Source: Lytechinus pictus (lineage: Eukaryota). From it: 64,000 nucleotides of DNA. Where the stretch lies: positions 7,938,001 through 8,002,000 of the forward strand of contig NC_087252.1 of NCBI RefSeq assembly GCF_037042905.1, read 5' to 3'. Numbering within the stretch: the stretch's first letter is position 1; each line of letters opens with the position of its first letter. Shown here in pieces: positions 24,915-39,700 of the stretch. The notes under the pieces were generated by a model that saw only the letters and a list, made by a program, of their open reading frames with translations, was not told the origin of the DNA and ran no database searches. A program made the translations under genes and the position numbers.

Positions 24915-27900
24915 CTCTTCTACTCATACTACTACTACCATTTCCATGACCTACTTCCATTACTACTATCACAATTACCTGCTCTCATCCGTCCCAAGTC
25001 TCGTCATAGTCTTAGGATCTGCAGAAAACACGGCCAGTAGATGGAGGTCGGGACAGGTGCGTAGCAAATCTAGAAACCTCCCACATTGCGGCCAATAGAT
25101 GTTCCCACCCTTCGACTTCTGGATCCTACACAGAATCAAAAGTAAATTTGTAAAGTGATTAGAATAATATCAATAATAATCATAGTAATAATAATAGTAG
25201 GTATTTATATAGCGCCATCTATCTAGAAATATTCTATTCCGAGGCGCATTGTTTATTATTATTATTAACCCGGCTTTAGCTTGAGCTAACTTTCAGCGCT
25301 CATGCATTCAAGGAATTAATCCTACCGGTACCCAATCACCTCACCTGGGATGAGTGCATCACAATGTGGACAAATTTCTTGCTGAAGGAAATTACACCAT
25401 GGCTGGGATTCAAACCCACGACCCTCTGTTTCAAAGTCAGAAGACTTATCCACTGGGCCACAACGCTCCTTAATCAATAAACAGTTCTTGCACAGCCCAT
25501 ATCACATTTCAAGGTCCTCCTCAGAAAAAAAACATCACAATTTGTTGTCCCTACCATCTTTTGACCTTTTGAAGTGAAATGTTATGATGTGGAGAGTCAC
25601 AAAATTTTTCAATTACCATGTCCATTGTCTTCTTTGGTCCAAAAAAACAATGTTTATTTGCAGCAAAGATTAGGGTAGGACTGTCAGTTTTATATAACAT
25701 GATATGAAAGCTCATAGATTGTTGAGATCGAGGGTCAGTCAGGCATAAAAGTCCTCTCATCACAACACTGAGTTCTACCGTGCAATTTGCAAATTTATAT
25801 GAATTTCATTTGTAAACTAAAATTTACAATCAATAAAAAGAAGAAAGATTGATGAAAGTTAGATTTTGTGTGGGTAAATTGCCAATTCCTCTACTACCAA
25901 CTCATCCATTCACCACATTTAGTCTAATGCCATTCCGTCCATCAATATTTCGTCTAACAACCATTTGGTCCAAACAACACTTTTTCTAATCACCATTTCG
26001 TCTATGACCATTTCTTCTCATAACCAGTTGGTCTAATATCCATTTAATTTTCATTCATTTTGCACAATTTAACACTTATTCCAATTAGACCAAATGGTAT
26101 ATGGACTAAATGGCTATTGGATCAACTGGTTATTAGACTGAATGGACCAAATGATAGTAAACGAGTTGGCAATTGGATGAATTGGATATAAACCTTTGTG
26201 GGCACATCTTAGTTTAAAGCAAAATTTGAAATAAAAAATTAGAAATTTGGCAGGTTTTATTATGGTTGGCGGGACTACGGCAAACAGAGTTTATGTTTGC
26301 GGGGGGGGGGGGGGGGGATGTTGTGACTTACCTTCTTTTCTGTGAGTGCAAGAAAAGCCTTCTCAATCTCTTGCAGTTCTGTAAAGCAAGCTGTAACTGT
26401 GTTGACAACTCCAGGTTTTGGTGTTCCACCCTGATAACAAAATATTCATTAAATGCATTTAATAAACATTACAGAAGTCTTGTAAATAGAAAATCCTGAG
26501 CATCGATGTACGAGGTGCTAACTTAGTATTGGTCACATAAATTATTTTTAAAAAAGAGTAGAACACAGTGTCGAGATATCCAAAACTGAAAATCATTTAT
26601 TTGTTTCTCTGCTATGGAACTACTTCTTGTTTGGTTTATAATGATTCTTTGAATGAAAAAAAATGAATATTTTTGCCAGTCATAATTATATAATTATCTC
26701 CCTTCACAATTTTTACTTTTCTCCAGTAGATATTGCCTTGCAAATTCAAGGGAGAAAGAGGGGTTTTAAATAGGCCTTAAAAGCATAGGTTAACAATAAA
26801 ACGGTAATATTAAAAAAAGACACTGAACTTTGATTTACATGTATGTTGTATTTAAAATTGTTCATAATAATGGATGAAGAAACATCAAGGAAAACAACAA
26901 GTGGAATGCCTCTGGCGGTCTCACCTGCATCATGCGATTCAATGTAGCAGCAGTGCTGACTTTGAAAACTACTATAACTTGCACAAGATGTTCAGTGATA
27001 CTTGGTTACTCTTATGTACACGTTTTATGAAATAGACCAATACACTTAGAGATATGATGGTAATTCAACAAATACCCCCAACATGGCCAAAGTTCATTGA
27101 CCTTACATGACCTTTGACCTTGAACATGTGACCTAAAACTTGCACAGGATGTTCAGTGATACTTGATTACTCTTATGTCCAAGTTTCATGAGTCAGATCT
27201 ATAAACTTTCAAAGTTATGATGGTAATTCAACAGATACCCCCATTATGGCCAAAGTTCATTGACCTTTGACCTTGGTCATGTGACCTGAAATGCGCACAG
27301 GATGTTTGGTGATACTTGATTACTTTTATGTCCAATTTTTATGAACTAGACCAATATACTTTCAAAGTTATGATGGTAATTCAACAAATACCCCCAATTT
27401 GGCCAAAGTTCATTGACCCTAAATGACCTTTGACCTTAATCATGTGACCTGAAACTTGCACAGGATGTTCAGTAATACTTGATTAACCTTATGTCTAAGT
27501 TTCATGAACTAGGTCCATATATTTTCTCAGTAATATTGTCATTTCAAAAACTTAACCTTAGGTTAAGATTTTGATGTTGATTCCCCCAACATGGTCTAAG
27601 TTCATTGACCCTAAATGACCTTTGACCTTGGTCATGTGACATGAAACTCAGGCAGGATGTTCAGTAATACTTGATTAACCTTATGGCCAAGTTTCATGAA
27701 CTAGGTTCATATACTTTCTAAGTAATATTGTCATTTCAAAAACTTAACCTTCGGTTAAGATTTGGTGTTGACGCCGCCGCCGCCGTCGGAAAAGCGGCGC
27801 CTATAGTCTCACTCTGCTATGCAGGTGAGACAAAAATTTAAAAAAATAATTTAAAAATTGTACAGACATTTTCAAGGTATCTTTTATGGAAAAAAATCAT

Positions 27901-30672
27901 CATTAACTAAATCTCCTGGTATGGAAAGATTAATATAACACATGTTAGTTTTTTAGATGAAATTAAGATGGTGTTTCTGGTTACTTTACAGATTTTTTTG
28001 AAGGATTGAATGATTATTTTCAGGCAGGTTTTTTTTCTGGGCTTCATTTTCATATCATATCACAGACACAGGTGACAAACAGGACCTCGCAGCTCATATC
28101 TTAAAAAGTCATTATTAACTTTGTCTTGATTATAATCAGAATTAAGTCTGCAACAATTTCCATTGAAAAAACAATAAAAAACAAAACGTCGAAAAACAAA
28201 GAAATAAGAAATTAAAAAAGCAATAAAATACATAAGAAAAAATTGCAATAACAAATTTTTTCTAAAGTACATTTGATCGGGATCCTACAAGGAGTCTGTG
28301 AATGAAAAATAATTTCATGCAGAAATCAGCATAATTAATATATTGAATAAAAAATCTTATTCTTAAAAAAAAATCAACCACACAGCCTTGTAGATTTTAT
28401 CGCACACTACCACTGTGCAAATTTTCGCACACTACCACTGTGCAAATTTTCGCAGCGCTCGCGCGATCGAAGGCCAAGATCTCAATTGAGGGCGGAATCC
28501 ATCCCCCTCCGGCTGTGAGAGGGGTCCACATAACCTGGCTGTTATAGGATTAATTTGATCTGACATTACCTTAAATCCCGCAGTGATGATGCATACCGCA
28601 GGGCTTCGCAGAAAGCTGGCATCCACGTACACTGCCCACTAAGTCCAATGTCTGCCAGGGACAGGAAGTAGAGCTGACGACATTCCTTGAATATCCTCAA
28701 GAAGCCTCCGCCATGACGGATCCCTAGAGCGCCACCAATTGTTAGTCTTTGGAGAAACTTGAGGTTCCCTATAGCAGAGAGTGAGGTATCGGTAGGTACC
28801 GTCTCTGTAGACTCCTTGCTGCAAACTGGTGCACTGTTTAATAAAAATATAGTTCATAAAAAGTTATGATAATCATACAATTGCACATAGGCCATTGGAA
28901 CGACGGATGTTGAATCGCCAATTGGTTTGTAGTCTCTATCGCATTTGATCTCACCTCACATGTTCTAATCCTAATCTACAACCACATACCTCCCAACATT
29001 TGGAAATGCCAGCAGTGGTGTATGCAGGGGGGGGGTACAGGTGTCCAACTCCCCCCCCCCCCCCTAATTTTTTTGATACCTCCCCCACTAAAAAATGTTG
29101 AAGACCTTTTTTTTTTTTTTTTTGCTGGTCAAATTAGTGTTTGGGGAAACGACCTAAAATTCAAACTTGAACCATCCCCCCCCTATCAAAAATCCTGCAT
29201 AGGCCACTGAATGCCAGATTGGGAGAAGCAGAGGCCAGGGGTCCAGGTCCCTGGATTTCAGCAACTTCAAATGCCAGCAAACACATTTTCATATTTAAAA
29301 TTACTGTATTAAAGGTTGAGAAAATCTTTTAAAATCAATTTTACTAATTTTGAAAAGTGCCAAGACTTTTCCAAATATTGGAAACATAGCACTCAAGGCT
29401 TGAGGGCAGCAATTCTTAGAGAAACTAGCTTATAAGACAAATAGGAAGAAAAACGATTCTAGCATCAAGTCTGAACATTGTTTTTTTGCAATTCAAGGGT
29501 ACCTTACCTTGAACCGTTTGATATGAAGATGATCTTTGTTTGTGGATAGATCAGTTCTAGTTCCGTTAGAAAAGGGCAGGCTTTTACCAGTCCAGATATG
29601 TCCTTCAATAATTCAGCTGGGCTCTCATTCTATTATAAACATTAAAAGAAAAGAAACACCACAATTGTCAGTTGGAACATTTATATGTCTTCTACAGACA
29701 GCAACCAAACTTTTGATAACAAATCTATGTGTGTTTTAACCTTAAATAAACTGGGCTATTTCGACGCCTAAGGATATAATCTCGGCCATCGATTGCACGA
29801 TGGCGACGAAAATTGGCACGCATCTTACCCATGGGATAATCTACAAAACTATCAGATCAAATTCTGCAAAATATCTCATTGTTAATCAATTATGCTAATT
29901 CATGCATAAAATAAAAAAATTGCTCTAATTAAAGAATAATGCTCCTTAAATGCTAATCTTTGGTTCACAGACTCTTTATAGGAATCTGATCAAATGTACT
30001 AAACAAAAATGTCTATATCACATTCATTTTCTTATGTACAGCTGTATTATATTGCTTTCTAAATTTCTTATGTAATTCCTTGTTTTCGGACTTTTTGTTT
30101 CTATTGTTTTTAATGGAAATTGTCGGGTACTTTATTTTGACCATAAACAAGATGAAATTAATTGATTTTAAAGGAAAATAATGATACATTAAGAAATTTT
30201 GGCTAAAACACTATTTGCATTGGATTTGTACACAAATTCATGTTTTTGAGCAATTTTGGGTCTGCATGCACTTACAAAATGTTCCGTAATTTCGGAAACG
30301 AGTGCCTGGGGGTCGCAATTTTGGTCTCAAAAGCTGCACGAGATTTGGAGGATAAAGTCAGTGAGCAACTGGTAAAAATATTTTGTGCGGCGAATTAATC
30401 GCGATAAAATGTAAGGGGGCTGAAACAGCCCCCCCCACCAGTCTTCTTAGGGTTAAAATGTACACATTGTCAGAAGGATATCATTAGTCTTAGTGCCAAA
30501 GAATGGAACTGTTTGGGTCTAAAGTGAACAAAACATAACAAAAATACCAATGAGCCATTCCTTTCTTTTGGTGCCATTTCCCCAAAGGCTACATCACCAA
30601 AAATCTTGGACTTTACTTGTATTTCAGATAGAAGATCCTTTGATTGTGAAGAAAGATTTAACCCGTAATAAA

Positions 30673-30705
<33 letters not shown>

Positions 30706-33700
30706 GGGGGGCGTCAATTTAACTCCACCCCCTCGACAAATCCACCCTCCACCCCCATTTATTTTTTTATGGCTGGTGAAGGTCTGAGATTTAGACCATC
30801 TGCTGCTAGACCAAGTGCATACAATCCCCAAATAAATCGTAGTTCCAAATTGATGTGAATTAATCACGACATACTTACGCTCGTTGGTGCTGTATTCTTC
30901 TCGGCGATGTCTTCCTTGGTGTCAAAACTACACAAACAAATCAGGAAAAAACAAGGCAATTGTAAAACAAAGACTAGAATATCATGAAGAACAAGAAAAA
31001 GTAAACCACATCTTGAGTGATAATAAGGGAGGAACAAAAATGATGATGATATGGAACTGTAAGCTATTTCGTTGTCTAGAAAGATAAAGATCTAAAGACT
31101 CCCAACCACACCCAATCCCAAGATTTTAGCAGCCAGTGATCTAACTTAAACTTCATCTAGCTATTAACTTGCACATTGTCAAATACAAATTTCGTTCATT
31201 AACAGTCACTACTCATATAGACTAGCATTAGACCAGGTAAATACAAGATGAAATGTGTGTAGCCGAACTGGAAATTAGACAAAAATGGCTTTTCGGCTAA
31301 GCAGCATTTAGACCAAATTGATCTTGGAGTTCCATGACAATTGCTCTTGCGAAAATTGCTCCAAACGAATCGATAACCAACTTCAACCCTGGATTTAGCA
31401 ATATATCCTACTCGAAACGAAAGCTGAAATCATATTGCGACCATAACCCTAGCCCTACATCTTAGCCGAAATTAAGCTCGGAGCAATTGTCGCAGGAGCA
31501 AAGGGTGTGTCACTGATCTAGAACTAGTCCCTGTGGAATCAGACCTAAGGAAAAAAGAAAAAGTGGGGGCATAGTGGTCTAGTATTTAAGACTCTGGTCG
31601 CTCAATCTGAGGGACGTGGGTTCAATTACCAGCCATGGCGTGCTTTCCTTCCGCAAGAAATTTACCACATTGTGAGGTGAATGGGTACCCGGTAAGAAGA
31701 AATTCCTTGAACGCTTGAGCACCTAATCAAGGTAGCCGTGCTAAAGCCGGGGTAATAATAACATAATCATGTTAAACATGGCCCACTGGGAGAACAATAT
31801 TCAGAACTGATGTGGCTACCCTGGGTAAAATATGATGTTGTGATTATTATTATAAAGAAGCGGCAATTTAAAGATTTGAATAGGCAACAATTACTTACAT
31901 TGAATGGTTGGCCTGATTATGTATCTGGAAGGCACAGGGAGATATAGATAGATGCTGTAACTCTGCAAATATATACCGGTAAATATAGAAAGAAATTATA
32001 ACTAGAACTATTAATGAAGGTGATTAATATGCCCGCTGTTACCATGGCAATATTTTCCAACACATGGAAAAAACATGCCTTGCCTAGTATTACCCCAAGA
32101 CCTATGTGCGAGCCAAATATCATGAGAATTGGATAAAAACAGATGAAGTAGTTCTACCAGCAAGATTTTTGTCTATTTTTTTATGTTGTTACCATGACAA
32201 CACAATTTCCAACACATGGAAATATGTGTCCTGCACATCTTTACCTAAAGGCCAATGTGCGAGTCCAATTTCATAAGAATTGGTTGAAAACTGAATGATG
32301 AAGAAGTACTAACCGCAAGATTTTTAAACTAATTTGGGGCATATCATATGCTGTTACCATGGCAACTCAATTTCCCTACCAACCGTACACTGATTCCTAT
32401 ATATACCCCCTTCAAACTTGGGTTGGCGGAGTTTAACAATAGATTTAAGGAACATGTGATTGCCAAATCATGGGGAAATAAATTATGCAGTCTTTGCAAA
32501 AGGCTTACGCATTATCATCTGTCCGTCATGCAAGCCCAAAACTACTATTGTGATAAAAATTTGGACAGTAGTAAGAATTCTACTAAATTCAGGAGTGTAA
32601 TTCACTTGTTTTCTAAGTTTTCAATAACCATTTGACCCAATAACATTTTAACCAGGTCTCATGATTTTAATTTCACGTTTAACAACACGCATCAGGAATT
32701 TATTGTTCAAAGTGAATTCTGGTTCCTCAATCTATACCAATTTCCATCACTTTCTTTTCCCAGATATACTGGCGGCGATTATGTAATATGCTCAAGGCCT
32801 GGTTTGCAAGCATCACTCATAATTTTTTTCCATATGATAAGCTGCTTGACTGATTTCTCATCACCCAAACTTTTGAAAGAATGGGCAATAAGTCGGTGTC
32901 TATAGCATGATTATTCTATGGAACCCAAGTTCCAAAATATGCATACTTCTCCCATTAATTTCTCACTGAAGAGCCTCTTTAAGTCAAAACAAAGTGACTA
33001 CACTTGTGGGTTGTTCTTTCATGCATCAATAAGCATGATATAGAAAACAACGTTTGCTTTGCAAAGGAAATCAATTGCTCAAAATTGGATATTACATCAC
33101 AGACGTTGGTCTAAACAAGCCCAGTTAATAGTATTTACCATAAAACTATATATAAAACAAGTGGAGCGCCTCTGGCTGTCTCACCTGCATGGCGTGATTC
33201 AATATAGCAGCAGTGCTGACTTTGAAAACTACATGTACTATAAAATAATTATTAAAAAAAAACACCATTCATATAATGATAAAATACTACGTTCATTGAC
33301 AATAAATGACATTTGACCTTGATTATAAGACCTAAGACTTGTCAGTGATACTTGATTACCCCTATACCCACATTTTATAAACTATATCTTTAAACTTTGA
33401 AAGTTATCACAGCAATCTAATAATTACCTCCAAAATGGCCAAAGTTCAATGACCTGAGACAACTTTTGACTTTGATCATGTGACCTGAAACTCGCATGAG
33501 ATGTTCAGTGATACTTGATTACTCTTATGTCCAAGTTTTATGAACTAGATCCATACACTTTCAGAGTTATGAAGGTTATTCAACAAATACCCCCAACATG
33601 GCCAAAGTCCATTGACCTTAGTCATGTGACCTGAAATTCGCACAGGATGTTCATTGGTACTTGATTACTCTTATGTCAAAGTTCTATTAACTAGACCAAT

Positions 33701-36700
33701 AAACTTACAGAGTTATGTTGTTAATTCAACAAATACCTCACCATGGCCAAAGTTCATTGACCTTTGACCTTGATCATGTGACCTGAAACTCGCACATGAT
33801 GTTCAGTGATACTTTATTACTCTTATGTCCAAGTTTCATGAATCAGATCCATAAACTTTCAAAGTTGAGATGGTAATTGAGGGTTAATACAAACATCAAT
33901 AAGCTTACTTTTACAACTTTCATTTGAACAAAAATATATCTGAGGGACGGGAAAATTGAATAAGCCCACGGTTTCGTCACGTGCCAAACTAGCCCAGACT
34001 TTTTTTAAAAGGATAATACAAGTATCAATCAATAAGCTTACTTTTGAATCGTCCAAGTATCATAGCAACCGGGTCATCAGAAGCCTTGGGATGAATGTGA
34101 GTATCAGGTAAGCACAGTCCAATAAGGTGAGGGCAAGAATCAGCTAAGATAGGAAGTAGATCTAATTTAAACTCCAACTGTTTAAAGAACAATGATTCGT
34201 ACAATTAAAGGTGAAAGAATGTATTTGCAGCAAATAATCATTTCATGTGAAAGTCTTAAAAATCAAGGTTAGTTGTCATCCTATTATCATAGATCTAGAT
34301 CTGGTATATTGACATACTCTTATCTTTGTGAAATCATGAAAACTTAGCTGCAAACTGACAACACTTATGATCACTAAGAGAAATAACATATATGTGGGAC
34401 AGTTAATATTGCTTGGAAAAATACCTGACACTAGATGAAATTCCATGTATATTTTGCTCATTTCTCAGCAATATACCTCTTCCAGAGCCACTTGGAACAT
34501 ATTCTTTACAAACACTTTGCCTATTTGTTACCACTGGTCACATGAAAGATTAGATATCAGTTAAAGGACAAGTCCACCCTAGCAAAAAGTTGATTTGAAT
34601 AAGAAGAGAGAAATCCAACAAGCATAACAACAAGCATAACACAGAAAATATCATCAAAATGGGATGTAAAATAAGAAAGTTATGACATTTTTAAGTTTCG
34701 CTTAGTTTCTTAAAACAGTTATATGCACATCCTGGTCGGTATGCAGATGAGGGGACTGATGACATCACTCACTCACTATTTATGTTGTATTTTATTATAT
34801 GAATTATTATGATTTTCTCCTCATTGTACTTTGAGACAAAGTTTTATTCCTCCCTGAACATGTGGTATTCCCATTGTTATAACATCGTATGGTTCAGTAA
34901 AATTTGTAAAAATTGAAATATTATATAATTCAAACAATAAAAACAAAAGAAATAGTGAGTGATGGACATCATCGACTCTCTCATTTGCATGTCACTGAGT
35001 TGTGCATATAACTGTTTTGTGAAAAATAAGCGAAACTTTAAAATGTCATAACTTTCTTATTTTACATCCGATTTTGATGACATTTTCAGCATTATGCTTG
35101 TTTGATTTTTCTCTATTGATTCAAATCAACATTTTCTGGGGTGAACTTGATCTTTAATCATATAAAAGGACCCACATGGTAAATTGCCAATTCGTCTATT
35201 GCCAATTTGTCCACTCACCCGCATGGTCTACCTTCATTTGGTCTAATGCCATTTCGTCCATCGACATTTCATCTAACGACCATTTGGACCAATAACCATT
35301 TGGTCCAATCATCACTTAGTCTAATCACCAGTTCATCTATGACTATTTCGTCTCATAACCAGTTGGTCTAATATCCATTTTATTTTCATTCATTTCACCT
35401 CATTAACACTTAGTTCAGTTTGACCAAATGGTATATGGATGAAATGGCTATTGGACCAACTGGTTATTAGACAAAATGGTGAGTGGACGAAATGGCAATA
35501 AGACAACGTGGATAGTAGACGAACTGATGATAAATCAAATGATACTAGTAGGCAACTTGGTGATTGGAAGAATTACATGTAGCATTAGACCAACTGAAAA
35601 TAAACAACCCAAATTACAATTTCAAAATAACAAACAATGTGCAACATTTAACAATAGCAGGGCCCCCCTGGGAGAACATTTTTTGGACCTGAAGTGTCTA
35701 CCCTGGGAAAATATACAATTTTTATTATTATCATCATTACTTTTATCATTATTATCATTATTTATATTTCATTAATACAATGTTTTTTAAGCCACAACAC
35801 CTCATAGTTGGATGGGGAGCAAGAGGGTGTGAAGGAATAGGAAGGAGGAGATAAAGGAGCAAGAGGAGGAAGGGAAGGAGGAGGAGCAAGGAGGAAGGAG
35901 GAGGAAAGAAGGAGCAAAGGAGGAGGAAGGAGGAGCAAAGGAAGGAGCAAGCAGGAGCAAGGAACAGGAAGGAAGAGGGGCAAGGAGGAGGAGCAAGAGG
36001 GAGTGAAGGAATATGAAGGAGGGGAGGGGGAGGAAAAGGAGCAAGAGGAGGAAGGGAAGGAGGAGCAAGGAGGAGGAAGGAGGAAAGGAGGAGGAAGGAG
36101 GAGCAAAGGAACAGGAAGGAGGAGGGGCAAGGAGGAGCAAGAGGGAGTGAAGGAATAGAAAGGAGGAGGGGAGGAGGAAGGAGGAGCAAAGGAAGAAGGA
36201 GCAAACAGGAGCGAGGAGGAGCAAGAGGGAGTGGAAGAATAGGAAGGATGAGGAGGGGAGGAGGAAATGAGCAAGAGGAAGAGAAGAAAGAGGCAAAATA
36301 GTGCAAGACAGAAAATAGTACCCAGTAACTGTTACCTTTCCATCTGCTTCCGGTGACAAGAAGAGATACTGAAGGTTTGGGAACTGTTTAAGATCTTCCA
36401 CGTTCTTAAACCGGAGGTAGTCTGTTCGTAGGTAGCGTAGGGAGGGCACAGGTCCCTTCAGCTCAAATGGGAGGTCTGCATGGCTGAGGCTTGATGACCA
36501 AGAATTGTTCATTTTATTGATTTCAGCGATATCCTCATTCTCAGTTAGATATGTTGGGAGGAACAGCTTTGTGAATTTCGTCCCACGTAGCTGCAACGAG
36601 AGCAAGACCATGGAAAAAAAAGGTATTTCATGGCAGGGGTTATTATCACTCATTTTTACCACTGTCCATCTCATTGCATGGTACTGCATATCTTATAGAT

Positions 36701-39700
36701 ATTTCATTACTCCCAGATGTAACAAACACAATATGGCTGTGTATTGTCCCCCAATAAATGTCACACATTGTCACAGTGTAGGAAGTACATGAGGGTTTTG
36801 GGCGATATCATTCTCATGACAGCCCTAATCACCCCCTAAAATCCCCCCAAAATGCATGCTTTAGGGTAACCATTCTTTCTAGAGTCACCCCAAGATCTGT
36901 TCCAAACGATATTCAAGAGTGTTTAGAAAAGCAGAATTTCACCGCTGGCAGAAGAATAATATTTGTTTTTACTGCAAAATAATTCTTTTCACCCTAAGAA
37001 GTTAGCCATTCAAATGAAAGAAATAGCCCTAACAATTCTGCAATCGCCCCAATGTGGAAAAGAAAAATAGCTCCTAAAAAATAAAAATTATTTCCAACCC
37101 CGATTGTCAAGTAATACTAACACACCACTTTTTACAGCTTTTCAAGAATGGAGATGAGATTAAGAAACAGGGATGCCATTTTTACATTCAGCCTCACTCT
37201 GGAAACCTAGCGAGTTGGCTTAGAGTAATTAGAACAATAACTGTGTTTTAAACATTTATAGGAATCTGTTAATTTTGATTGTCTTGGACACATTAAAACC
37301 TCAATTGTTTACCATATCTTGATAGGTGAACCCATTATCATATATTTATTACAATTTCAACATTTTGATACAAGCCACATATCGTCCTTTAACTCTTAAC
37401 ATGCCATACACACTACTAACCCAACGCCACAGTGCTAATCCGATGCTAATTCCCTGTGCCAGCCACAAAACCCCCCTGTGCCACATTGATTTTGGGATCG
37501 CGAGTCGTATTCACTCCTTTCAATAGTCATGATTACAATTGCTTGTAACTCTCTAACGATTAGTTTATCCACAAAATATTGTGTAGTAAAGTTGTAGGAA
37601 ATTTCATTACCCTTAATAATGGTGTCCTCTTTATATGGATTGGTTATTATCTTTACCGCTAAAATATGAGTTGTATCAAGTAGTTCCATTTTGTGGAGTG
37701 TTTTGTATGGATAAAAAAACCTAGGTCTCTTCCCTCTCGGAGGCGGAGCCATATCTTGTAAAAAATGTAGAAATACTCGAAAAAGTCGAATGTAAACCGC
37801 GTAAGTTGATCTGTCAGAAAGCAGAGTTCGCACTGCACACAATAGTGCTAATTACGGCGTGCATGCGATGCGCAATACAACGCAAAACGGCGTAACAATG
37901 ATTGTAATTCCGAATGTGCGCAGTCATGCACGAAGCAGGCGAGGGTAGGAAACAATGCAAGCACAAAGCAATCAATAGTAGGCGTGCGAGCACGAGTGTG
38001 GCATGTTATAGTAGGATACGTAGCGTGCACGAAGCACTCAATGAGTTAAGAAAGTACATGTAATCAGAGTATTTCTTATCTTACACAGATATTTTTAAGA
38101 ATTGTTAAAAATACCCATATCCTACTGCACAACCACAAGCTCTGGGGTTAGTATTCCACTAAAGCATACACGATCTTTGGCAAGGCGTTAATCTACATTC
38201 GCCACTCTCTAACCTGGTGTAGAAAATGGGTACATCGTAGGAAGAATTTCCCTGCATTTGTTAGCGTGGGGTCAGGTTAGTAGTTAAATAGTATGCAGTG
38301 CTTTGAAACATTTTATAAAGTAATGATAATAATAATAATGATAGCATTAATGAGGCGCCGATTATCTAGTTGGCTATTCATAGGCGCACTATAAACTGAC
38401 CCGGCTGTAGCTCCAGCTGTTAAAGGCACTTGGTACATTTAAGGATTAAATCCTGTCGGGTAACCATTCACCTCACCTGGGTTGAGTGCAGCCCAATGTG
38501 GGTAAATTTCTTGCTGAAGGAAAACTTACCATGGTTGTGATTCAAACCCACGTCCCTCTGATTGAAAGATGAGAGTCATAACCACTAGACCACGTCGGCC
38601 GCACACAAGTACTATTCGAATGTTGTATACTAAACTATCATTTTCATGGGGTGACCTAAAGCTATGCAAATTGTTTACAAATGATAAAAACTATGCCAAT
38701 TTTAATATTTGAACAAATTATCTTTCACTAATTTGTGGTAAGGATTTTTAAGATCCTTAACCAAGATGAAAATATCACAAGAATCAATAATTAATCCTGC
38801 TGTGTTTTCAGAACACCTCTTGATTTCGCTGCCCGATGTTAGAGGGGGGTCAAAAAGCTATGCAATCGATTTACATGCAAAGAAATATCATTTCCTGTGC
38901 CTCAATTTCTAAAATAGGTTCATATTATTCTAGAAAAAGATGAAAGAAAAGTGAATATAACTCCAAAATCCAAAATGATTGCTGGTTTTCTCTGCAGCTA
39001 GTGATTTATTGCAGCCTCTGTAGAAAATTTGAATAGGAATCGTTCGTCACACTGCAGTCACAATTCCACAAACACACACAGTGCGCATTTTGCTATTGAA
39101 ATTGCATGCGCAATGAGTGGTGCATAGCTTTAGGACCCCCTACCATACACACAATCAAAGTAATTCTCACCAATGACGCTGTAATGATACTGCCCATGTG
39201 GTTTGTTACATGCGGGTGCATGATGGAGTGTACATTCGTTTGAGTAAACCTCCTCAAATTACAAAAGTGCTCGGCTATAAAGATACAAATATGAATATTG
39301 AGAAATTGGAAGATATCACAAGAAGAAAATACAAATATTTCTGAACAAATATGAAGCCTTAATCCAGTACTGTAGTGTGAGTTTCTTTCACTGAGAAATA
39401 GCAATATAACACTAGATGAGAATTTACTGAGATTAAGTAGAAGATGAAGAGGAAAGCAAGGAGAGAATAGAGGAAGAAAATAAAGAGTAAAATAAAACAA
39501 AACAAGAAATCAAATCATTTGGAGTGTTTAATTGGGAAAATGCAAAACTAAATGATCATTCATTAAGATGGAGTTGGAGTAGAATAAGATGAAGGATAAA
39601 GAAGAGGGAGATAACAGAGGAAGAAAAGATAAATATATGAAACCCTAAAAGAGTGTTTTAGTGGGAAATTGCAAAATAAAACTAGATGACATTTGGGAGA

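Noticed and set aside
23771..24972. Poly-V/L/S/Y ORFs
   Set aside because: (CTA)n microsatellite.
33909..33998. In-frame segment with a duplicated donor (aataagcttactttt) after exon 6
   Set aside because: It would need an intron of only ~43 nt and has a poor acceptor.
35758..36335. P/S/L-rich ORFs and the 3' part of the 295-aa ORF
   Set aside because: Purine-rich minisatellite in an intron; only 36590-36336 is exon.
37657..37754. Alternative candidate for FBXL18 exon 4
   Set aside because: Weak AAG acceptor; 39274-39171 has better splice sites, correct phases and FBXL18-like sequence.
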